From the NCBI GenBank assembly GCA_963813075.1, contig CAWEXU010000005.1, positions 128,001-192,000 of the forward strand: a DNA stretch of 64,000 bases. Direction: 5' to 3'. The position numbers and the translations under genes are program-made. Below, piece after piece: positions 1 through 11,461 of the stretch. The notes below the pieces were generated by a model. The model was given only the letters and a program-made list of their open reading frames with translations. It was not told the origin of the DNA and searched no databases. Origin of the DNA: Methanotrichaceae archaeon. Lineage in GTDB: Archaea; Halobacteriota; Methanosarcinia; Methanotrichales; Methanotrichaceae. Every line of letters begins with the position of its first letter. The stretch's first letter is position 1.

Positions 1-530
1 CGCCCGGATAGTTCATTACCTCGGCCAGGCCTATTACATCCTCCTCTTTCAGGAGACGGGCTAAGGCATCCGGGCCCAGGGCCGCTCCTGACAGTCTCCA
101 TATCGGTAGCAGGGACACAGGAAGGGAGCATGACAAAGACGTTCAGGGGTACACTTCTTGATGACTGCAGGATATAGCGAACCCCCTCCTCACCCCAGAC
201 GTTGGCGATCTCATGCGGGTCGGCGACCACAGTGGTGGTGCCCCGGGGGACCACCGCCCGGGCGTACTCCGGGACGGTGACCATGCTGCTTTCAAGGTGC
301 ACATGGCCGTCGATGAATCCCGGTGCCAGTACATGGTCCTCCAGGTCTACGGTCTCGCGAGCGCTGCTGCATTCAAAGCCCACAATTCTGCCCTTGTGCA
401 CGGCAACGTCTGCTCTGCGAACCTCGCCCGAAATGAGGTTGGCGACCGCTCCCCCATGAAGGAGAAGATCGACCTCGATCTCGCATCTGGCGGCAGCAAT
501 CAGCTCCTCTAGTTTCGCGATCCGGACCAT
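1..530 (-). CDS. ade: Adenine deaminase, N-terminal part (runs off the window); +1 frameshift near 92
   Basis: Manual translation: MVRIAKLEELIAAARCEIEVDLLL...PGFIDGHVHLESSM...GTTTVVADPHEIANVWG...LPSCVPAT, then after one extra base ETSGAAL...GLAEVMNYPG. These are typical adenine deaminase motifs. Not in the ORF track. Confidence 0.88.
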   Translation of the reverse strand, partial: MVRIAKLEELIAAARCEIEVDLLLHGGAVANLISGEVRRADVAVHKGRIVGFECSSARETVDLEDHVLAPGFIDGHVHLESSMVTVPEYARAVVPRGTTTVVADPHEIANVWGEEGVRYILQSSRSVPLNVFVMLPSCVPATDMETVRSGPGPGCLSPSPERGGCNRPGRGNELSG

Positions 531-687
531 GATAATCACATGCCGTCGATCCTATTTAAAAGCGGCATTTGTGCAGTCGGTATCCAGTTTTGCTCAATGG
601 GGCATCAAGATCGCTCACTTTTTTGAATAAAAAATATCTCATCGACACCAGATAAATTTAAATCGAAAAGCTGGGATAAACTGAACT

Positions 688-2901
688 GTGCGTGAATTCA
701 AGGATATAGTTCTCAAGGTGGCCAAAGCCTATCCCAATGACTCCGCCCGGGGCATCGCCCGCTTAGACCCCAATGCCCTTTTGACCCTGAGGCTCAGTCC
801 GGGTGACATCATTGAGATTGAGGGGAAGAGGCTCACCGCAGCCAAGGTCTGGCGGGCGGACCGGCAGGACTGGTCTCAGGATTACATAAGGATAGACGGA
901 TTCATCCGCCAGAACGCCGGCGTCGGCATCGGGGACAAGGTGAAGATCCGCAAGGCCAGGTTCGCCGAGGCGCAGAGGGTAGTCCTCGCTCCCCCTGCGG
1001 GCTCCCATATGCACTATGGAGATGAGGCGGCAGATATGATCCGCCGCCAGACGCTCAAGCGGCCGGTGGTGGCGGGAGACATACTTCCCATTATGAGCTC
1101 CGGCAGCCATCCCTTTGTCGGCCGGATGGAGCCCGTGCCTTTGGTGGTGACAGAGACCCATCCCGACGATGTGGTGGTGGTCTGCGAGAGGACGGAGATC
1201 GTTTTATTGGAGAAGCCGGCCAAGAGCGTCCAATCGGTCAAGGCCACGGGAATCACCTATGAGAATGTGGGCGGCCTGCGCTCAGAGGTGCAGCGGGTAA
1301 GAGAGATGATCGAATTGCCCATCAAGCACCCTGAGATCTTCCAGAAGCTCGGTATTGAGCCACCCAAAGGTGTTCTCCTTTTCGGGCCGCCGGGCACGGG
1401 AAAGACCCTCATCGCCAAAGCGGTGGCCAATGAGAGCGGAGCCAACTTCATCTCCATCGCCGGTCCGGAGATCATGTCCAAATACTATGGTGAGAGCGAG
1501 CAGAGGCTGCGGGAGATCTTCGAGGAGGCGCAAAAGTCCGCTCCTTCCATCATATTCATCGATGAGATCGACTCCATTGCTCCCCGGAGGGGCGAGGTCA
1601 CCGGTGAGGTGGAAAGAAGGGTGGTGGCCCAGCTCCTGGCCATGATGGACGGCCTGAAAGAGAGAGGCCAGGTGGTGGTGATCGGAGCCACCAACCGGGA
1701 AGAGGCCATCGATCCCGCTCTGCGCCGGCCGGGCAGGTTCGACCGGGAGATCGAGATCGGCGTCCCGGACCGAGCAGGGAGAGTCGAGATCATGCAGATC
1801 CATATGCATAGCATGCCCGTGGGAGATGACGTGAACCTGGAGAAGCTGGCGGACCGGATGCATGGTTTCGTCGGGGCGGATGTGAATGCCCTTTGCAAAG
1901 AGGCAGCCATGAAGGCCCTTCGCCGCTACCTGCCCGACCTCACCTCGGAGGACGAGATCCCTCAGGAGATAATTGATCAGATGCAGGTCATGGCAGAGGA
2001 CTTCGAGGAGGCTTTAAAGGAGATCGAGCCCTCGGCGATGAGAGAGGTTTTAGTGGAGGTGCCTCAGGTCAACTGGACCGATCTGGGAGGACTTGGAGCT
2101 TTAAAGCAGGAACTGATCGAGTCCATAGAGTGGCCCATCAAGCAGCCGGAGAAGTTCCAGAAGATGGGCATAAGGCCGCCAAAGGGAATTCTGCTCTACG
2201 GGCCGCCGGGCACGGGAAAGACCATGATCGCCCAGGCGGTGGCCAATGAGACCAATGCCAACTTCATAAGCATTCGGGGGCCGCAGATGCTCTCCAAGTG
2301 GGTGGGCGAATCGGAGAAGGCGATCAGAGAGATATTCCGCAAGGCAAGGCAGGTCTCGCCGGCGATCATATTCTTCGATGAGCTGGACTCCATCGCCCCC
2401 ATGAGGGGAACGGACGAGGGGGGCAGAGTGATGGAGCGGGTGGTAAACCAGCTTTTGGCTGAATTGGACGGCCTGGAGGCCCTGAAGGACGTGGTTGTTA
2501 TAGCGGCCACCAATCGGCCGGACATCCTCGACCCGGCTCTGCTTCGATCGGGAAGGTTCGACCGAATGCTCCTGGTGGGGCCGCCTGACCGGCAGGGCAG
2601 GCATGAGATCCTCAAGATCCATGCCACCAGGACGCCGCGGGGAGAGGATGTGAGCCTGGAGGAGCTGGCGGAACTGACCGATGGCTATGTGGGCTCAGAC
2701 CTGGACAGCCTCTGCCGGGAGGCGGCCATGCTCGCCCTGAGGGAAGAGCTGGACCGGGTGGATATGAGACACTACCGGGAAGCTTTGAAGAAGGTCAGGC
2801 CGAGTGTGGAAGAGCATATGCTCAGCTACTATGAGCGCATCGGCGAGAGGTTCAAGGGCGGAATCAAGGTCGAGCCGGCCAGTCTTGCCGGCTATAGATA
2901 G
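688..2901 (+). CDS. cdc48: CDC48/VAT family AAA+ ATPase
   Basis: N-domain plus two AAA modules (GPPGTGKT twice; IIFIDEID and [14 protein letters not shown] and RSGRFD). Confidence 0.96.
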   Translation: MREFKDIVLKVAKAYPNDSARGIARLDPNALLTLRLSPGDIIEIEGKRLTAAKVWRADRQDWSQDYIRIDGFIRQNAGVGIGDKVKIRKARFAEAQRVVLAPPAGSHMHYGDEAADMIRRQTLKRPVVAGDILPIMSSGSHPFVGRMEPVPLVVTETHPDDVVVVCERTEIVLLEKPAKSVQSVKATGITYENVGGLRSEVQRVREMIELPIKHPEIFQKLGIEPPKGVLLFGPPGTGKTLIAKAVANESGANFISIAGPEIMSKYYGESEQRLREIFEEAQKSAPSIIFIDEIDSIAPRRGEVTGEVERRVVAQLLAMMDGLKERGQVVVIGATNREEAIDPALRRPGRFDREIEIGVPDRAGRVEIMQIHMHSMPVGDDVNLEKLADRMHGFVGADVNALCKEAAMKALRRYLPDLTSEDEIPQEIIDQMQVMAEDFEEALKEIEPSAMREVLVEVPQVNWTDLGGLGALKQELIESIEWPIKQPEKFQKMGIRPPKGILLYGPPGTGKTMIAQAVANETNANFISIRGPQMLSKWVGESEKAIREIFRKARQVSPAIIFFDELDSIAPMRGTDEGGRVMERVVNQLLAELDGLEALKDVVVIAATNRPDILDPALLRSGRFDRMLLVGPPDRQGRHEILKIHATRTPRGEDVSLEELAELTDGYVGSDLDSLCREAAMLALREELDRVDMRHYREALKKVRPSVEEHMLSYYERIGERFKGGIKVEPASLAGYR

Positions 2902-2966
2902 CCTGGCAGAGATCATAATGCTGGAATCCTGATATTCATAAAACTGGTGAGGAGGGTTTAAGGGGC

Positions 2967-3218
2967 ATGGGAAAGATGTTCGCAGGAAGCATTGCCGATA
3001 AACAGATCGTAAACATCGATGGCGCAGTCCTGGGCGATCTGGAGAATGTGATCTATGAGGTCCTGACCGGAAAGCTGGTGGACCTGGTGGTGAAGCCCAA
3101 CTCGGGGCTTGATCGCACCAAATACCGGGAGGATGGAAAGTATGTGCTGATACCATACAGCTCGGTGGTGGCGGTCAAGGACTACATCGTGGTGGATGAG
3201 AGCCGGGCTATGAAATAG
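2967..3218 (+). CDS. PRC-barrel domain protein
   Basis: 83 aa with the PRC-barrel pattern: VNIDGAVLGDLENV...TGKLVDLVV...IPYSSVVAVKDYIVV. Confidence 0.85.
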   Translation: MGKMFAGSIADKQIVNIDGAVLGDLENVIYEVLTGKLVDLVVKPNSGLDRTKYREDGKYVLIPYSSVVAVKDYIVVDESRAMK

Positions 3219-3383
3219 TAATGCTGTGGCTCGATTCTTTTTCTTTGTCTCCTAATGTCGCTTAGGACAGCCCTTTTTCTCTTGGCCTGATTTCTCGCCG
3301 TCGCCTCCGGGCAGCCCAAAATCCCAACGCTCCACTCTCCTGTCTCCGGAAAGCTTATTTCTTCTCAAGTCCTCCATTTTTCA

Positions 3384-3928
3384 ATGATGCGACTTAGATC
3401 TTATTTGGCCATGGGCATTCTCGTGCTCGCCGTGGTCCAGGCGGGTTGCCTGGGCGAGGAGAAGGATGAAGGCAAAAAGGTCCTTTTAGAGACCAGCATG
3501 GGCAATATCACAATTCAGCTCTATTCGGATATGCCCATAACCACCGGCAACTTCCTGAGCCTGGTCGAGAAGGGCTTTTACGACGGGGTGATCTTCCACC
3601 GGGTTATAGACGGCTTCATGATCCAGGGCGGAGATCCAGAGGGAACGGGATATGGCGGACCGGGCTATGCCATCAGAGGACGAGTTCACTGATCACAATC
3701 GAAACGATCGGGGCACCATCAGCCATGGCCAATTCCGGGCCGAACACCGGTGGCAGCCAATTTTTCATCAACCTGGTGGACAACAACAGCCTGGATGGCA
3801 AGCATCCTGCCTTTGGAAGGGTGATTGAGGGCATGGATGTGGTGGACAGGATTGGAAAGGTCAAAACGGACATAAGTGACCGACCGCTGGAGGACGTTGT
3901 GATCGTTCGAGCCAGTGTGATTGCTTAA
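3384..3928 (+). CDS. Cyclophilin-type peptidyl-prolyl isomerase with lipoprotein-like signal peptide; +1 frameshift near 3675
   Basis: [15 protein letters not shown] in ORF 3384-3692 continues as [16 protein letters not shown] in ORF 3725-3928; lipobox-like QAGC. Confidence 0.9.
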
Positions 3929-3947
3929 ATTTGGAGATGATTTGACT

Positions 3948-4428
3948 ATGGCAATTGAGAGCGAAGAGGCAGGGGCGAAGGGTTCTGCTTAATACGAGCA
4001 TGGGTGACATCACCATCCAGCTCTATCGTGATATGCCCATCACCGCGGGCAACTTCAAGAAGCTGGTGGAAAAGGGCTTTTACGATGGAGTGATCTTCCA
4101 CCGGATCATAGACGGCTTCATGATCCAGGGCGGGGACCCCACCGGGACCGGCCGGGGAGGTCCAGGCTATGCCATCAAGGACGAGTTCACCCCGAACAGC
4201 AAGAACGACCGGGGGACCATCAGCATGGCCAATGCCGGGCCGAACACCGGAGGTAGCCAGTTTTTCATCAACCTGGTGGACAATAACTTCCTGGATGGCA
4301 AGCATCCCGCCTTCGGCAAGGTGATCGAGGGCATGGATGTGGTGGACAAGATCGGCAAGGTGAAGACGGGAGCGATGGACCGGCCGGCAAAAGAGGTCAA
4401 GATTCTGAGCGCAAAAGTGCTCGCCTGA
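3948..4428 (+). CDS. Second, cytoplasmic cyclophilin-type PPIase (tandem paralog)
   Basis: [39 protein letters not shown] at 3948 follows a GGAG and probably needs one G removed near 3972; the track start at 3955 is TTG. Confidence 0.9.
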
Positions 4429-4498
4429 TCACTTATATTTTTTTGCATATCCAAAGTCTTTTATCGCTTTGCCGCCCATACTTAAGCGGTGGGTTGGG

Positions 4499-4933
4499 AT
4501 GAAAACAGCAACAGCAATAATCGTATCGCTACTCTTATCGCTGGCGATATTTTCATTGGCAGGGAGCTGCTATGCACAAGGCGCTGCACAGTATGTTGGC
4601 GGTGACTTTGGCAGGATGTGGCTGGCAAGCACAGGCTATCAGTATCCTCCGCCTGCCCAGAGCACTCAGAGCGACCTGTGGTACTGGGGCGGCGGCCCGA
4701 AAGGGAGAATGGTGGTCGATGGCAACCTGGTGCCTGATCCGCGTTACATCTGGAAGTCGGAGAACGGCACCGGCTACTGGGCGGGGTGGAATTACCCGTA
4801 TACAAGCGGATGGTATCCCGTATACAGCTACAAATATCCCTACACTTTCACCAGCGGCCCATACTACGTAAGCCCTTACTATTATCCGTCGGACTACCTC
4901 GCCACGGGATATGTAGCACGCAGATTATACTGA
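4499..4933 (+). CDS. Secreted Tyr/Trp/Pro-rich hypothetical protein
   Basis: Signal peptide MKTATAIIVSLLLSLAIFSLAGSCYA; GGDFGRMWL and WYWGGGPKG motifs; Tyr-rich tail. Confidence 0.7.
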   Translation: MKTATAIIVSLLLSLAIFSLAGSCYAQGAAQYVGGDFGRMWLASTGYQYPPPAQSTQSDLWYWGGGPKGRMVVDGNLVPDPRYIWKSENGTGYWAGWNYPYTSGWYPVYSYKYPYTFTSGPYYVSPYYYPSDYLATGYVARRLY

Positions 4934-4974
4934 GCATATATAAATAGCCATATCTTATATTTTTCAACAAAGCG

Positions 4975-5583
4975 TTATCGGATGGTTCTTCTCTCGATCT
5001 CTCCCAGGAGCTTAATCACATTCCGGCGAAGGTCATCCAGGCCGCCCGAGTTCTCGATTCTGTAATCTGCAGTCTCCATGGCCTGGCATAATCCCCAGCC
5101 CTTCTCCCGGCACTCCCTCTCCTCCAGAGTGGTGGCAGAGCTGCTTTTCCCCTGGCCCTCAGCCGCAGCATGGCCGCTTTCTTTTCCGCATTCCTTTGGA
5201 TCGTCAGGCCGGCCGCGGGCCATGAGCCTGTCCAGCCTTCTTTCTGCCGGCGCCTGCACCTCAATCAGGTAAAACTCCTCCGCCTGAGTGCGGAAGAAGT
5301 CCGCCTCCACCAGAGAGCGCAGGCCGTCGACAACTACCATCTCTTTTCCCGTTGCCCTCGCCATCTCCAGCGTTCTTTTGGCTATGGCCTCCGGCCCCTC
5401 CGCTTCTCGCAGGGCATTTCCGATCCTTCCCAGGTTCAGGTCGGTTGGCTCGAGATCCAGCCGGGCAGCCTCCTGACGGATGACATCCCCCATGACCACC
5501 ACGCCAAAATCCAGCTCCTGGGCGATCTTCGAGGCCTCGCCCTTGCCCGAGCCCGGCAGGCCCACAAAACCGATTATCTTCAT
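4975..5583 (-). CDS. P-loop nucleotide kinase (UPF0200 / archaeal dephospho-CoA kinase-like)
   Basis: IIGFVGLPGSGKGE, VVDGLRS, RGRPDD. Confidence 0.8.
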   Translation of the reverse strand: MKIIGFVGLPGSGKGEASKIAQELDFGVVVMGDVIRQEAARLDLEPTDLNLGRIGNALREAEGPEAIAKRTLEMARATGKEMVVVDGLRSLVEADFFRTQAEEFYLIEVQAPAERRLDRLMARGRPDDPKECGKESGHAAAEGQGKSSSATTLEERECREKGWGLCQAMETADYRIENSGGLDDLRRNVIKLLGEIERRTIR

Positions 5584-6444
5584 TCTCCCTTCATCCCCTC
5601 ACCATTCATGTGCTCTTGGCTAATCTGGCCCGCCCATTTGATCACCGCCGGTGCTCGCACCTGGACGGCAATTTCCCCGCCCGCCGCCCGGGCCATCTCC
5701 TGCATCGCCTCCAGGGACACCGGCTCAAACCAGGGCTCGCCCTCCCTGGGATGACCCTGCTGGAGGACGAGATGCTCTAAATGGCTATCAGGGTACTCGC
5801 CATTAAGCCTTTCCAGAATCCTGGCGATCTCTTTTATCTGGTCTGTGGAGGGCAGTTCAGGAAATATCGTGCTCCGGGCATCAATTGCCACACCCGAATT
5901 GATAGCAGATCTCCAGGCTCTCCCGCACCCGGGCGGCCACTCCCCGAACGCCCGTGGCCATCTGATAGGCGGGCTCAATAAGCTCCGTTTTCAGGTCCAA
6001 AAAGACCCTGTCCACCATATTCCTCTCCAGCAGACTCCTCAGCCGGCCGGGGTAGAAGCCCGAGGTCTCTAGACCTGTGGCCAGCTCAAGGCTTCGAGCC
6101 AGGCCAAACAGCCTCACACAGGCCTCAGGCTGCTCGAGGGGCTCGCCCCCAGAGAGGACGAAGGCATCAACGAATGGCCGGGATGCTGCCCGAGCAGATG
6201 CATCCTCAAGGCTGATCTGCCGGGGATCGGCTCTCAATCTTATCGCCGGAGTCTGCAGGCCTTTGGTCCGGCAGACTATCCGGGAGGCCAGAGCATGAAA
6301 CTCGATGCTGCTCTCTCCAGTCTGAAGAGCATGATTGTGGCAGTGGGGGCAGCGAAGGGGGCAGCCCCGCAGGAACACCACCACCGCCGCCTTTCCCAGC
6401 CAGTCCACAGTGGACAGAGGGATGATGCCCCCAAAGTTGACCAA
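5580..6444 (-). CDS. Radical SAM protein, anaerobic ribonucleotide reductase activase-like; frameshift near 5885
   Basis: STVDW...VFLRGCPLRCPHCHN, SGGEP, GLETSG; C-terminus continues in ORF 5580-5978. Confidence 0.85.
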
Positions 6445-6451
6445 CAGTTCA

Positions 6452-7728
6452 TCACCCGCTCTTTTCCGGCAGAACGAGAGTCATCTCTTTGCCGGCGATC
6501 CTGGTCAGCCTATCTTCTAGCTCGGACTGCTTTGAGCTCATCCTCTCCTCCAGCAGCAATAGGTCCTTGCTGGCTCTGCTCCACCGCCGCCTCCAGGCTT
6601 CTCAGGGTTTTCTTATCCTGAGAGATGGAGTCTTTCAAAGCTAGAGCTTCTTGGCTGCTCTCCTTGAGCTGACCGTTCAGGGATTCGATCTCCTCTGCCA
6701 GGCGGGAATAGCGGGAGCGGGCCAGTTCCAGCGACCTTTTCTCGATCAGCTGGTCGATATGATCCAGGACCTTCTCCTTCTTTCGATCCTTCAATCCCAG
6801 GGTGGCCAGATGAGCGCGCAGCTCCGTCCAGGATCCGGCAATCTCAATATCCGAGACCTGGGCCGGGTTGTTCATCAGCTGGATAAAGACCTCACCATGC
6901 TCGAGGCTGATCCTGTCGCTAGAACTCTGCTTGGTGATCCTGCCCAGGGCCTTGGTCAGGGGGGAGATCAGAAGTCTCAGCTCTTCTTCCGTCTGGATCT
7001 TCTCCCTTTTTTTGTCCTCCAGACTCTTTTTCAGCTCTTCCGTCCTTCTGCCCACTTCGCTCGCCGCCAGGCTCTTCACTCTCTCCTCCTGATCCTTCAG
7101 CCGGGCAGAAGTGCCGGCGAGCTGGTCCTCCTCTCCGGACACCGTCTTCTTCAAGGAGTCTATGGCCACGAGGCCCTTTCGAAGCTCTCCGGCAAGCTCC
7201 TTTGAGTAATAGATCTCCTCAGAGAGCTTCCTTCTCTTGCCGATCAGCTCCTCCAGCTCGACCAAAGTGCGGCTGATCTGGCCCAGATCGGAGTTTATGC
7301 TCTCCAGGCTTTTGGGGAAAAGAGCTGCCACATAGCGCTGCGCTCTTCCAAAGGTGGTGACCGTCCTCTCCAGGCCCTTCACCAATGCCCAGTGGTGCTC
7401 GCTGGCGGACTCGAAGGTCCCTTTTCCTGGGGGGAGCGATCTTCTCCTGCAGCGATTCCATCTGCTTGACCACCTCCCCCCGGGCGGCAAGCCCTGCCCG
7501 GAGCAGCTTTGGTGGAGTGGAAGGGTCGGGCTCTGCCGAGGCCAGAAGAGAGAGGTCCAGGGAAAGCTCACCTGCCTGATCTTCCAGATGGCGGTATATC
7601 CCGGAAAGGCTCTCCTCCCATCCGGCTGATGCCTCCCTTTCCTCCAGCCAGGAGATGACATCCTCCAGCCTCAGGCTCTCCCCTTCCTTAGACCCCGATC
7701 CGGAGAAGATCTTCTTCAGCCAGTTCAA
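6452..7728 (-). CDS. Coiled-coil hypothetical protein; two apparent frameshifts (near 7420 and 6567)
   Basis: MNWLKKIF N-terminus (ORF 7219-7728) joins the Glu/Lys/Leu-rich helical ORF 6510-7661; overlaps the hel308 stop. Confidence 0.7.
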
Positions 7729-10056
7729 GGCAGTCTCCCCTGCTTTGACCTTCTGGCCTTTGTCTTCCTCTCAGGCGGCATATCTGCCGGCTGCACTTCA
7801 CCCGTTCCCTGATCTCTCATAGCCCCGTTCAACTCTCCTTCACCTCGACCTTCTTTGCCATATCCCTCTATGGCTTGATCTGATCCTGTCCAGTCCATCC
7901 TCTCTGCCCTCTCAGCTCTCTCCTCCCTGGCCAGCTGAACGAGGACCTTCTCTGCGATCTTCGGGCCAAGGAGCCTGGCGACCTCTGCCGGATCGGTGCT
8001 CTTGAGCTTCTCCCGGTTGGTTATGCCGGACTGATGGAGCTTTCTCGCCCTCACCCGTCCCACTCCCTTCAGATCGAGCAGGGATAAGAGGTCCTGGCCG
8101 GCGCCATAGTGGAGGCGAACCGATAGCTGCTCTGCTCGATAGGTGATTCCCAGATCATGTTGCTTGGACAGCTCTGCTAAGGAGTGCATCAGCCACTCTG
8201 CGGTCTCGGCAGACCGGCGGATGTCGCCCGGTCCGATGTGATATCGATCGCTTATCAGCTCCTCTTTCACCTCTCCGATCCAGTCTGAGAGCATGGCGGA
8301 GGTCTTGGCCTCGCGGAGGAGATAGTCATAGTTCTCCTCATCGAACAATTCCTTCTGATTGAGATCGATGAACTCCTCCACCCAGCCGTCTGCCGACTGG
8401 ATGTAGAGCAAGGCCATATCCGGGGTCATGGTAATGAGATGGATAAGAGAGAGGTCAGTGGGCCTTTTGTTACCCTTTTCCCTCCCACCGTTCTCCTTTT
8501 CTTTGCTTTTGGCAGTCAGGTTCTCCAGCATGATGACTGCGCTCAAGGGGTCGATATACAGCTTGGAGACCAGAGAGCCGAGCTTCGTCGGCACAAGATC
8601 GCCCTCCGGACTGTCTACGATCATCCCGTTATCTGAGAGGAAGGCGAGGACCTTCTCCAAAGCAGCATCCAGGTGCCAGGGGTCCTGCTGGTGAGCATAA
8701 AATGTGGTGGCAATGAACTCCTTCAGCTCTCTTTCCGTGCGGGCAAAGCCCGCGGTGATGGTGGAGAGGATATGGGTGCGCAGAGCGCTCTCGCTGGCCA
8801 GCTTCGACCAGATCTCCTCCGGGGAGCCGTCGATATAGTGCTCCCTTAAATTGAGCATCTCCGAGTCGTTCTTGGCCATGAGGAAGGATTCGCCATAAGG
8901 GTCCAGCCCCGGCCTTCCCGCCCTGCCCGCCATCTGGCGGTACTCGATCACCGGTATGGGGACCATTCCCGAGCCGTACTCATACCTCCGGTAGCTCTTG
9001 ATCAATACCCTCCGGGCGGGCAGGTTCAGGCCGGCGGCCAGGGTGGGAGTGCTGGCGATGACCTTGATCCTGTTATCCCTGAATCCCTGCTCCACCAGCC
9101 TCCGCTGCTCGGGCAACAGGCCCGCATGATGAAACGCAATGCCTCTGGAGACGCATGAGGCCAGGCGGTGGCAGGTCTCGCTCTCACCTGTGGCCAGAAT
9201 GCTCTCCGACAGGGCCTCAGCCTTCGGCTCCTGTGGGATCAGATTGCTCAGCTTTATGGCCGCAGCTTCTGCATTCTTGCGGGAGTTCTCGAATATCAGT
9301 ATCTGGGCGTCCTGGGAGAGGGTGTCCCTGACCAGGGCGATAGCCTCGTCCTTTTTCTCATCCTTCTTCCCAACCAGGTCCCTCTCTTCGTCCGAGAAGA
9401 CCAGCCTCCCCTTGCAGATGACTCCCTCTTTCAGGGCTATGGGCCTCCAGTCGCTGCTCACCAGCTCTGCATCCAGCCAGTCTGCCAGGTCACGGGAGTT
9501 GGCGACGGTCGCTGAAAGGCCGATGATCTGCAATCCAGGGTTAGAGCGGCGCAATTTGGTTATGGTCATCTCCAGGGTAGGGACCCCGGCCAACGTCGTT
9601 TAAGAGGTGGATCTCGTCGACCACCAGCACCGCCAGGTCCCGCACCCAGGAGGCACCGTTTCTCATCAATGAGTCCGCTTTTTCTGAGGTGGCGATGATG
9701 ATCTGATTTTTTCCCAGGCGCTCGTCCTTCTTATCGAAGTCGCCGGTGCTTATGCCCACGCTGACTCCCAGGTCCCTGAACCTCTGAAAAGAATCGAACT
9801 TCTCTGCCGCCAGGGCGCGCAGAGGGACGATGTATAGGGAGCGCTTCGACTGCAGAGCGGCCTTGAGCATGGCCAGCTCCGCCAGGAAGGTCTTGCCCGA
9901 GGCGGTAGCCAGGGCAAGAAGCATGTTCTTTTCCTCCAGGAGGCCTTTTTCCACCGCTTCCGCCTGTGGAGGATAAAGCTCTCTATACCCCTGCCCTTCG
10001 TAAAGCTCGATGGCCTCCTGGGGCAGCCAGCGGCTCAAATCCTTTATCTCCAGCAT
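7725..10056 (-). CDS. hel308: Ski2-like DNA helicase Hel308; +1 frameshift near 9585
   Basis: [37 protein letters not shown], HhH GVGRVRAR, spread over two adjacent ORFs. Confidence 0.93.
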
Positions 10057-10267
10057 CAATCTCCCTTTCGGCTCGATAACTTCAAGACATCCGACCTTCA
10101 CCGATCTATAATATGGCCAATATGACCTATTGACCTTCAATGGTCTGCCCAGGCTCCTCTAATCTTAAATACTACGTGAAAGTAGTACCTGCGGGACAAT
10201 AACCTGGACAGGAACAAAAAAAGAATGACCGTCATCATATAAATGCATCTTCCATGGAGAGAACCTA

Positions 10268-11419
10268 ATGTATGCCGATCGGATAAAGAATCTCCCGCCG
10301 TACCTTTTTGCCGGCATCGATAAGGCGAAGCAGGAGGCAAGGGCAAGAGGAGTGGACGTAATCGATCTGAGCGTTGGCGATCCGGATCTGCCGACGCCCG
10401 ATCACATCGTTTTAGCTTTGAAGCAAGCGGCAAATGACCCATCGAACCATCAGTACCCGTCTTACGAGGGAAAGCTAGCCTTCCGGGCCGCCGTATCGGG
10501 CTGGTATAAGAAGACCTTTGATGTTGACCTGGACCCAAAGAATGAAGTGCTCACTCTGATCGGCTCCAAGGAGGGCATCGCCCATGCACCGCTGGCCTTC
10601 ATCAATCCCGGTGATGTGGCCCTGGTGCCCGACCCTGCCTACCCGGTTTACCGGACGGCCACCGCCTTTGCCGGCGGAGAGCCGGCCATCATGCCGCTTT
10701 TGAGGGAGAACGGCTTTTTGCCCGATCTTGAAGCCATCCCGGCAGATGTCGCCCGGCGGGCGAAGATCATGTTTCTCAACTATCCAAACAATCCCATCGG
10801 GGCGACGGCCAGCGAGAAGTTCTTCCGAGAGCTGGTCGACTATGCCCGGGATCATAATATCATCATAATGCACGACAATCCCTACTCGGAGGTCTACTAC
10901 GATGGCAATAGATCACTGAGCCTTCTGGAGATAGATGGGGCAAAGGAGGTTGCAGTGGAGTTTCATTCCCTCTCCAAGACCTATAACATGACCGGCTGGA
11001 GGATCGGATCGGTGGTGGGCAATGCCGATGTCGTGGCCGGAATTGGCAAGGTCAAGAGCAACATCGATTCGGGGACCTTTGGGGCAGTGCAGGATGCAGG
11101 GATCGTGGCCTTGAGCAGCCCAACGGAAGTGGTGGATGCCATTCGCCGGGTCTACCAGCAGCGTATAGAGATCCTGTACAAGGCCCTCAAGGATATCGGC
11201 CTGGAACTGGAGAAGCCCAGGGCCACGCTCTACCTCTGGGCCTGGGTGGGAGGAAGCTCCATCGATTATGCGGCAAAGCTGCTGGAGAGGACGGGAATCG
11301 TGGCCACTCCCGGAGTGGGATTCGGAAAGTACGGCGAGGGCTACATCCGCTTTTCCATCACCCGGGAGACGAAGAGGGTGGAAGAGGCAGCGAGGCGTCT
11401 GGAGAAGATGAGAGACTAG
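10268..11419 (+). CDS. dapL: LL-diaminopimelate aminotransferase (PLP class I/II)
   Basis: PPYLFA, GSKEG, NYPNNP, EFHSLSKTYNMTGWRIG. Confidence 0.88.
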   Translation: MYADRIKNLPPYLFAGIDKAKQEARARGVDVIDLSVGDPDLPTPDHIVLALKQAANDPSNHQYPSYEGKLAFRAAVSGWYKKTFDVDLDPKNEVLTLIGSKEGIAHAPLAFINPGDVALVPDPAYPVYRTATAFAGGEPAIMPLLRENGFLPDLEAIPADVARRAKIMFLNYPNNPIGATASEKFFRELVDYARDHNIIIMHDNPYSEVYYDGNRSLSLLEIDGAKEVAVEFHSLSKTYNMTGWRIGSVVGNADVVAGIGKVKSNIDSGTFGAVQDAGIVALSSPTEVVDAIRRVYQQRIEILYKALKDIGLELEKPRATLYLWAWVGGSSIDYAAKLLERTGIVATPGVGFGKYGEGYIRFSITRETKRVEEAARRLEKMRD

Positions 11420-11461
11420 ATCAGGCGGTTTTTTCCGCCGAAAAGTCTGGAGGGAACCAAA

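Noticed and set aside
7725..10056. Programmed frameshifting or true pseudogene status for hel308 (likewise mcrC and ade)
   Set aside because: No shared slippery motif, and similar single-base breaks are scattered across unrelated genes; sequencing error is simpler.
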